Assembly (NCBI GenBank): GCA_046704725.1
Contig: JBJKRI010000007.1
Coordinates: forward strand, 1-64,000
Direction: 5' to 3'
Length of the DNA: 64,000 bases
From: Candidatus Woesearchaeota archaeon
Lineage (GTDB): Archaea > Nanobdellota > Nanobdellia > Woesearchaeales > SKIA01
Shown piece after piece: positions 58,457 through 64,000 of this stretch (position 1 is its first letter; each line of letters starts with the position of its first letter). The notes under the pieces were generated by a model, which was given only the letters and a program-made list of their open reading frames with translations, did not search any database and was not told where the DNA came from. The position numbers and the translations under genes were made by a program.

Positions 58457-59056
58457 ATGGTGTGGTTGTGGGTGCTGTTGGGCATCATCGTCCTAGCCGT
58501 TCTCTTCTGGTGGCTGTTCCATCGCGATCCGAACCGCGTGGTCGCCGTCACGAACGGCTTTCTCAGCCCTGCCGACGGGAAGGTGGCGGCCATCTACGAT
58601 ATCGCCGCCGAGCGCCAGCGCATCCCCAAGGGCCGCCATGGCATCACCGCCTTGTTCGATGACGTGCCTGACGCTCGCTTCGCCGTGGTCATCATGATGC
58701 GCTTGTGGGACGTCCACGTCCAGCGCGCCCCGGTGACTGGTCGCATCAAGGGGCTGCGTCATCGTCACGGCACCTTCCGCAACGCCGTCCTCGGCGACTG
58801 GGAGGGCGCGACCGTCGAGAACGAGAACGTGTCATTCACGTTCTCCGGCGAACGTCCCTGCAAGGTCTATCTCGTGGCCGGTCTGGTCGCGCGACGCATC
58901 GAGCCGCTCGTCAAGCGGGGACAGCACGTCGTGCAGGGCCAGCGCATCGGGCGCATCCGCCTGGGCAGCCAGGTCGTCCTCATCATCCCCGACGGCGAGT
59001 TGCAGGTGTCCGTCGGCGGTCGCGTGACCGCTGGCCGCACGGAGATCGCTCGATGA
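58457..59056 (+). CDS. psd: Phosphatidylserine/archaetidylserine decarboxylase
   Basis: FHRDPNR, SPADGKV, DVHVQRAP, LGS self-cleavage site. Confidence 0.93.
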   Translation: MVWLWVLLGIIVLAVLFWWLFHRDPNRVVAVTNGFLSPADGKVAAIYDIAAERQRIPKGRHGITALFDDVPDARFAVVIMMRLWDVHVQRAPVTGRIKGLRHRHGTFRNAVLGDWEGATVENENVSFTFSGERPCKVYLVAGLVARRIEPLVKRGQHVVQGQRIGRIRLGSQVVLIIPDGELQVSVGGRVTAGRTEIAR

Positions 59057-59613
59057 CCGTCACCGAGCGGGCACGCTCTGTCGGACGCGCGACCCGCGAG
59101 CGGGTCCAGGGCGCGAAGCGTCTTTTCCGCATCAATCTCGCCAACACATTGACCCTGCTCAACGGCGTTTCGGGCTTCGTCTCCATCATCGCTTCCGTGC
59201 ATGATATGTTCCGCGTCGCTTCATTGGCCATCCTGGTTGGGGTCTTCCTCGATTGGCTCGACGGCAAGGCCGCTCGTTTCTTCTCCGAGGAGAGCGCGCT
59301 CGGCCGAGAGCTCGACAGCCTTTCCGACATCATCTCCTTCGGCGTGGCTCCTGCGGTCCTCGTCTCGTCGATCGCCCCCTCGCTCGTCTCCTACGCCGCC
59401 GGCGCCTTGTTCGTGCTCTCCGCTGCGCTGCGCCTTGGCCGTTTCAACGTCCAGCGCACCAAGGGGGTGTTCTTCGGGCTGCCCACGACCGTGAACGGCC
59501 TGCTCTTGCCCGCTCTCGTGCTCGGCCACGCCCCGTTGGCAGTCTATCCATGGTACCTGTTGGTCATGGCGTTGCTCATGAATACGCCGCTGCGCATCCC
59601 CAAAGTGGTCTGA
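59053..59613 (+). CDS. pssA: CDP-alcohol phosphatidyltransferase (PssA-like)
   Basis: DWLDGKAAR, GRELDSLSDIISFGVAP, RLGRFNV. Confidence 0.93.
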   Translation: MTVTERARSVGRATRERVQGAKRLFRINLANTLTLLNGVSGFVSIIASVHDMFRVASLAILVGVFLDWLDGKAARFFSEESALGRELDSLSDIISFGVAPAVLVSSIAPSLVSYAAGALFVLSAALRLGRFNVQRTKGVFFGLPTTVNGLLLPALVLGHAPLAVYPWYLLVMALLMNTPLRIPKVV

Positions 59614-59663
59614 ATAGAGGGTATAGACCCGCAGCTTTTTTATTCCCCTCCCCCGGGACGTGC

Positions 59664-60095
59664 ATGGTCATGGATTTCGGAAAAGAGCACGTCGTGGATT
59701 TCACCGGGCCGCTCTACATCGACGACGAGAATCTCCCCCAGGACGGCGGGCTCTACGCGGTGCTCGTCGGCGACAGCGACAAGAAGCAGTTCAAGCCCTT
59801 GTTCTTCGGCCAGACGGACAACCTCAATTCCTTCCGCCTGCGGGACCATCCGTTGTTCAAGCGTTTCATCCACTTCGCCGAGAACGAGCGTTTCCTCTTC
59901 CTGGGGATGCACGAGATGCCCAACACGAACGAAGAGCAACGCGCGAAGGTGCTCGACGGGCTCGTCGAGGAGGTCAGGCCCCCGCTCTCCGAAGGGGATA
60001 TCCCAGAGGAGAGTCCCGACAGTCCTGAGGGCTATCGCTTCTTCAAGACCGCGCCCGACGATGATATCGAGCCCTTGCCCGAGAAGGATTACTGA
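59664..60095 (+). CDS. Degenerate GIY-YIG-like protein
   Basis: GGLYAV...PLFFGQTDNL. Confidence 0.5.
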   Translation: MVMDFGKEHVVDFTGPLYIDDENLPQDGGLYAVLVGDSDKKQFKPLFFGQTDNLNSFRLRDHPLFKRFIHFAENERFLFLGMHEMPNTNEEQRAKVLDGLVEEVRPPLSEGDIPEESPDSPEGYRFFKTAPDDDIEPLPEKDY

Positions 60096-60607
60096 AGGTG
60101 CTCGGCAAGCTTCGCCAATGCGCGCGCACGGTGGCTGATACGTTGTTTCTGCTCGACCCCCATCTCCGCGAACGTCTTTTCGCGTCCTTCCGGGGCGAAG
60201 ATCGTGTCCCAGCCGAAGCCGGTAACGCCGCGGGGCGCCACGATGCGTCCTTTCGTCTCGCCGAAGAACACGTGCTCGTTCTCGCCGTCGTAGTAGGCGA
60301 TTCCGCACACCGCGAGCGCGTCGCTGCCGTCCGAGAGCTTCGCGATGCCCTCCGGCCCCATCGCCTTCAAGAACCATTTGACAAAAGGCCCTGGCAAGCC
60401 TCCGAGCGCGTCGATGTTCAATGAGGTGTCCTCCACGAAGCACGGCCCGTCGATCTCGCGCATGGCCTGCGAGAGCTTGTGCTTGAGGATATCCGCGAGG
60501 TCGGTGCTCTGCAGCTCCTTGAGGTCGAGCGCCCTCCGCTCCAGTCCAGGGATGTGCTGCTTGGCTTCCCCGTACTTGTTGTCGTTTCCCGTGATGAACA
60601 CGACCAT
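60089..60607 (-). CDS. rdgB: Non-canonical purine NTP pyrophosphatase (Ham1/ITPase)
   Basis: FITGN.NK, EDTSL, GFGWD, KQRISHR. Confidence 0.95.
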   Translation of the reverse strand: MVVFITGNDNKYGEAKQHIPGLERRALDLKELQSTDLADILKHKLSQAMREIDGPCFVEDTSLNIDALGGLPGPFVKWFLKAMGPEGIAKLSDGSDALAVCGIAYYDGENEHVFFGETKGRIVAPRGVTGFGWDTIFAPEGREKTFAEMGVEQKQRISHRARALAKLAEHLQ

Positions 60608-60657
60608 GGTCCGCTTATCGGGTCGCTGGTTAAGAGCGTTGCGGTGCCTTCGAAGAA

Positions 60658-61224
60658 TCAAGCGCTCCGCCGCTTCTCGTACAGCGAAGGGATGCTCAGC
60701 CGGATGACTCTTGCAGCGTGTTCCAAAGAATAATCGCCGCTGAACACATGCGCGGATGGCTGATGTCTTCGGAGTTGCAACTCGTATTCGGCGATCGCTT
60801 CTGTCAGGAATGATTCAGTGCGGGAGAAATGCTGCTTCTTGGATCTCGCGTTGCGCAAGGACAGTTCTGGCGACAGGAGGAACACGAAACCGAACTGGAC
60901 CAGTGGGAATAGCGACAGGGCGTGCGTGTTGTATTGTTCGCGTTGCGCGTCGCTCCAGGACGCTCTTCGTGCCAGGACGTTGCCCATGACGAGGCGGTCG
61001 AACCCGGCGCGTTCGAAGACGTGCAGTTGCTCGTCGTCCGGGATATCCTGTAATCGTCGATCGACATCATCAAGATACCATTGATTGTAATCGTAGCTGA
61101 CAGGGTCCGGTACTGGTACGCTCGAGAAGCGTTCCGCATAATGCACGATCGGATAGTCGGCGCGTAGCGCATTCACGCAACTCGTCTTTCCTGAACGCGG
61201 CACCCTGGCGAATTCGATGATCAC
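60658..61224 (-). CDS. P-loop nucleotide kinase-like protein (dNK/TMPK-like)
   Basis: IIEFARVPRSGKT, VFERAGFD, LSPELSLR; GTG start overlaps Fic stop. Confidence 0.75.
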   Translation of the reverse strand: MIIEFARVPRSGKTSCVNALRADYPIVHYAERFSSVPVPDPVSYDYNQWYLDDVDRRLQDIPDDEQLHVFERAGFDRLVMGNVLARRASWSDAQREQYNTHALSLFPLVQFGFVFLLSPELSLRNARSKKQHFSRTESFLTEAIAEYELQLRRHQPSAHVFSGDYSLEHAARVIRLSIPSLYEKRRSA

Positions 61225-61877
61225 GGTGCGCCCCCGATCATCGGCAGTGCGCGATAGTAGGTGAGAAAACGACGGTGGCTCTCTGGCGAGTAGAGCTTTT
61301 CTGGGGCTATCCACTCCATAGAGCCATAATAGGCTTGTCGGTCGTCGACCTTCTTGAGAGGTGCTTCATGCCGCATGCTTAAGAACGCGCTGAGCGCGCG
61401 TCCGGTCCGTCCCGTAGCGTCGGCGAACGGATGGATGGTCTCGAACGCGTGCTCGAGGATGCCGCATCTCGTGTGCACGTCGCTGTCGCTGTCGAGCACG
61501 CCGGCCAACCACTCGCTGAATCTTTGGAGCTCTGCCGGCAGCGTCCGCACAGGATATCCATATGTCCGTCCGTCAGGGATCTCGTGCGACCGCAGTGCAT
61601 CCTTGTCTTCGAGGATGGCCGCAGTGATCGTCTTCTGCACGGCATAGGTCAGTGCGAGAACAGCTCTTGGTGAAAAGCTGTCGTTCCGGCGCGCATACAA
61701 CAAGTCTATGGTGGTTTGGAGGTTCTGTCCGGTAGCGGTCGCCAGCGCCGCCCCGTGAAGAGAGGAGCGTGGCTTCTTGCTGCTGACGCTCGTGTCGTAG
61801 GTTCCCGAGAGGGTCCTGCTCAGCGTCCGGGAGTTCTCCATGAACGCCTCGACGTAATAGCGCTCGCTCGCTTTCAT
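61221..61877 (-). CDS. Fic-domain protein
   Basis: FETIHPFADATGRTGR; ATG overlaps HD stop. Confidence 0.88.
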   Translation of the reverse strand: MKASERYYVEAFMENSRTLSRTLSGTYDTSVSSKKPRSSLHGAALATATGQNLQTTIDLLYARRNDSFSPRAVLALTYAVQKTITAAILEDKDALRSHEIPDGRTYGYPVRTLPAELQRFSEWLAGVLDSDSDVHTRCGILEHAFETIHPFADATGRTGRALSAFLSMRHEAPLKKVDDRQAYYGSMEWIAPEKLYSPESHRRFLTYYRALPMIGGAP

Positions 61878-62419
61878 GATTCGATGCGCTCCAGGAACTC
61901 CTTGGCCCGTCTGCGTTGGAACTGGAGTTCGGATTTCAGTCGTTCGCCGACCGACCCCCACTTCTCGAGACGCGTGTTGAGCATGGCTTTCGCCATGGGT
62001 TCCATGATCGGGATGACGACCGTGCGGAAATAGCCGGCCTTGCTTTCCGGATAGCGGAACACGAGGCTCGTGTAGTTGTCGATGAGGTCGGCGAGCTTGA
62101 TTATCCGTGCTTTCTCGCTCGCGGCTTGCATCCGATGGACGTATGGGAGCACGTCGTCGTCGCCCATCGTGTTCGTGAGCTCCACGATGATGTCTGTGGC
62201 TTCATCCCCTAATGATTCTCGGATCTCGCTCTCGCCTATATCAGTGTCTTCGAGCAGGTCGTGCCCCAGGGCGGCGCTGATCATCGCCTCGTCGTCGGTG
62301 AGCGAGCGGACGTGCATCCCCACGCGCAGCAGGTGATACCAGTACGCAGAACCGTCCGGGTAGCGCTGATTGCGGTGCGCTGTGCGTACGACCTCGAAAG
62401 CATGCCAAAAATCCCCCAT
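61874..62419 (-). CDS. HD-domain hydrolase, Mesh1/small alarmone hydrolase-like
   Basis: AHRNQR..G..Y..H..RV, AALGHDLLEDT, IKLADLIDN. Confidence 0.9.
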   Translation of the reverse strand: MGDFWHAFEVVRTAHRNQRYPDGSAYWYHLLRVGMHVRSLTDDEAMISAALGHDLLEDTDIGESEIRESLGDEATDIIVELTNTMGDDDVLPYVHRMQAASEKARIIKLADLIDNYTSLVFRYPESKAGYFRTVVIPIMEPMAKAMLNTRLEKWGSVGERLKSELQFQRRRAKEFLERIES

Positions 62420-62585
62420 GCCGCGTATCCGCTCAGCGCGGAATATATGCTTTGCTGTGCTGAACACGCCGATTGTGCGCTTCTCGCGAACGAATTCCGT
62501 GGCGCAAGACTGACGATCGATCGGGAGAGAACGCCCGTTGGGACGAGAGAATCCCGAGGATGAGAGTCCAATAAAGAAGAGAAGC

Positions 62586-63446
62586 CTACTTGCTCGAGAG
62601 CCAGTCCACAGAGAACGCGTCTCCGTTGCCGTTGAGGGAGCCGAGATTGATGAGCGGGGTCCCGCCGTTGTTGACCATCACGATGCCGTCCGCGCCGGTG
62701 AAGGTCATGTTGTAGTTGGTCGTCATGTCCGAGAAACCGATGCTCCCGAAGTCAGCGAGGTTCGTGATGCTGCAATGATGCGGGGTGCACAGCGAGGGCC
62801 GCTCGACGATCATCTCCGCGGAAGCCACATCAGGCGTGAAGTTGGGCTTCTGTACTGTCGTGAAGGATTCCCCTGAAGTCTCGTCGGTTATCGTCAATGT
62901 CCAAGCGCCGTTCGCTCCTTCGCTCACCGCAGCCGTGACCGTGTCGCCGGGAGCGATCGTCATGTTGGTGATCGGCTGTTCAGCGTTCTGCGGGTAGAGC
63001 TCCCACCAGGAGTAGTATGTCGGCGTGCACGAGGACGATTTCGTCTTCCCCCCGCCGTTGCCTCCGTGATTGCTCTTACCGGGATTCGATTGCGAGCTCG
63101 CGATCGCCGCGTTCATATCAAGTCCGTGGAACCGCATCTCGCCCGCGGTGGTGCCGCCGGAAAGGCAGTCCTGCTCCGTACCGATCTGGATGACGCTGTT
63201 CCCGGAGAATCCGCCGATGCCCACCCATGCCGAGGAATAGCCGGACACCGAAGAGTTCAGTTTGGGAACAACCCATGTCCCGCTGGCGGAGCCGTACGTC
63301 CCCGTGGTCTTTGCGTAGCCTCCCCAGTTCAACGAGCCGTACGTCGTCCCTTGAACGCTAAAAGGGATGTTCGGTGCGGCAGACACCGAGAACGCCAGTG
63401 AAACGAGCAACACCAGAGCCGGAACGAAGACCATCAGTTTACGCAT
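62586..63446 (-). CDS. Secreted glutamic peptidase, family G1
   Basis: Signal peptide, SLNWGGY, SAWVGIGG, IQIG, WWE, SAEMIVERP. Confidence 0.9.
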   Translation of the reverse strand: MRKLMVFVPALVLLVSLAFSVSAAPNIPFSVQGTTYGSLNWGGYAKTTGTYGSASGTWVVPKLNSSVSGYSSAWVGIGGFSGNSVIQIGTEQDCLSGGTTAGEMRFHGLDMNAAIASSQSNPGKSNHGGNGGGKTKSSSCTPTYYSWWELYPQNAEQPITNMTIAPGDTVTAAVSEGANGAWTLTITDETSGESFTTVQKPNFTPDVASAEMIVERPSLCTPHHCSITNLADFGSIGFSDMTTNYNMTFTGADGIVMVNNGGTPLINLGSLNGNGDAFSVDWLSSK

Positions 63447-63550
63447 CTGGTCGCGTAGGAGAACGATTGATATAAGCCTTTCTGCGGCTGAATGAGCAGA
63501 GAGATTCAAGAGCATTAATCTCTCGGATGAGGTCGAGAAACAGCCTGACA

Positions 63551-64000
63551 TCAGAAAAAGCCTCTACCGCGATTTGAACGCGGGACCTCCACATTACCAA
63601 TGTGGCGCTCTACCGGCTGAGCTATAGAGGCTTCTTTTAAGCGTCGGAGATGTCGAGGGTTTGAAAAACCTATCGTCTTCATCCATTTTTCGAGTTGCCT
63701 ATGACCGTATATTTCAAGGCATGAAGCCTCCTTCCCCGGCCTATACCAACGGTATAACGAGAATTCGCTCAGAGCCGAAGCGAGTTGATCCACAAGTCCT
63801 TTGTTCTTCAGGCTATTGGATATGCGAGGATATGGGCGTTTGTATCTCTTCCGTCGATCGAAGAATGCACAACCGTCGGTGTCGAATATGCCTCGGACAA
63901 CGAAGTTCAACATCGAAGAATGGACGATCCATTCAGGAATTCTCACTGTCTCCGTCTTCCTGCCTGGCAGAAAGCCGAACCAGCGTTCGAAAGAATCAAC
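63551..64000 (-). CDS. LAGLIDADG homing endonuclease-like protein (5' partial), reads through tRNA-Thr
   Basis: FGFLPGRKTETVRIPEWI, VRGIFDTDG, IGFSNPRH; frame open to the window end. Confidence 0.85.
   Translation of the reverse strand, partial: VDSFERWFGFLPGRKTETVRIPEWIVHSSMLNFVVRGIFDTDGCAFFDRRKRYKRPYPRISNSLKNKGLVDQLASALSEFSLYRWYRPGKEASCLEIYGHRQLEKWMKTIGFSNPRHLRRLKEASIAQPVERHIGNVEVPRSNRGRGFF
63559..63631 (-). tRNA. tRNA-Thr(GGT)
   Basis: GCCTCTA acceptor, CCACA-TTGGTAA-TGTGG, CCGCG-TTCAAAT-CGCGG. Confidence 0.95.

Noticed and set aside
63474-63490. Weak resemblance to the tRNA-Thr 3' end downstream of the gene
   Set aside because: Too many mismatches to call an att duplicate

Overview
Archaeal chromosomal segment, GC-rich in its housekeeping genes. 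Gene content and organisation suggest a DPANN (Woesearchaeota/Nanoarchaeota-like) lineage; that placement is inference. Core genes: exosome/proteasome superoperon (pop5-psmA-SBDS-rrp4-rrp41-rrp42-rpoK), EF-2, EF-1alpha/S10, L7Ae-S28e-L24e-ndk, L1-P0-P1, thrS, pyk, dph5, DRG GTPase, sepF-ZPR1, an archaellum motor operon (arlC-like, G, F, H, I, J; no archaellin in the window), a psd-pssA-cardiolipin synthase cluster and four tRNAs (Arg-CCG with BHB intron, Ser-TGA, Val-TAC, Thr-GGT). Many single orphan genes are interspersed. Most notable: (1) a translationally coupled HD(Mesh1/SAH-like)-Fic-P-loop kinase operon; (2) duplicated tRNA 3' ends downstream of three of four tRNAs, one pair enclosing an integrase-less single-gene micro-island; (3) a LAGLIDADG ORF reading through a whole tRNA-Thr gene; (4) unusual fusions (RHH-nucleotidyltransferase, wHTH-NUDIX, APC permease-methyltransferase, ArlC-DUF5752-like, ArlF with an inserted surface domain); (5) a kink-turn in the L7Ae leader; (6) a beta-defensin-like miniprotein; (7) a low-GC metzincin protease island. 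No CRISPR array or rRNA seen. Family assignments come from motif recognition by eye, not database searches.
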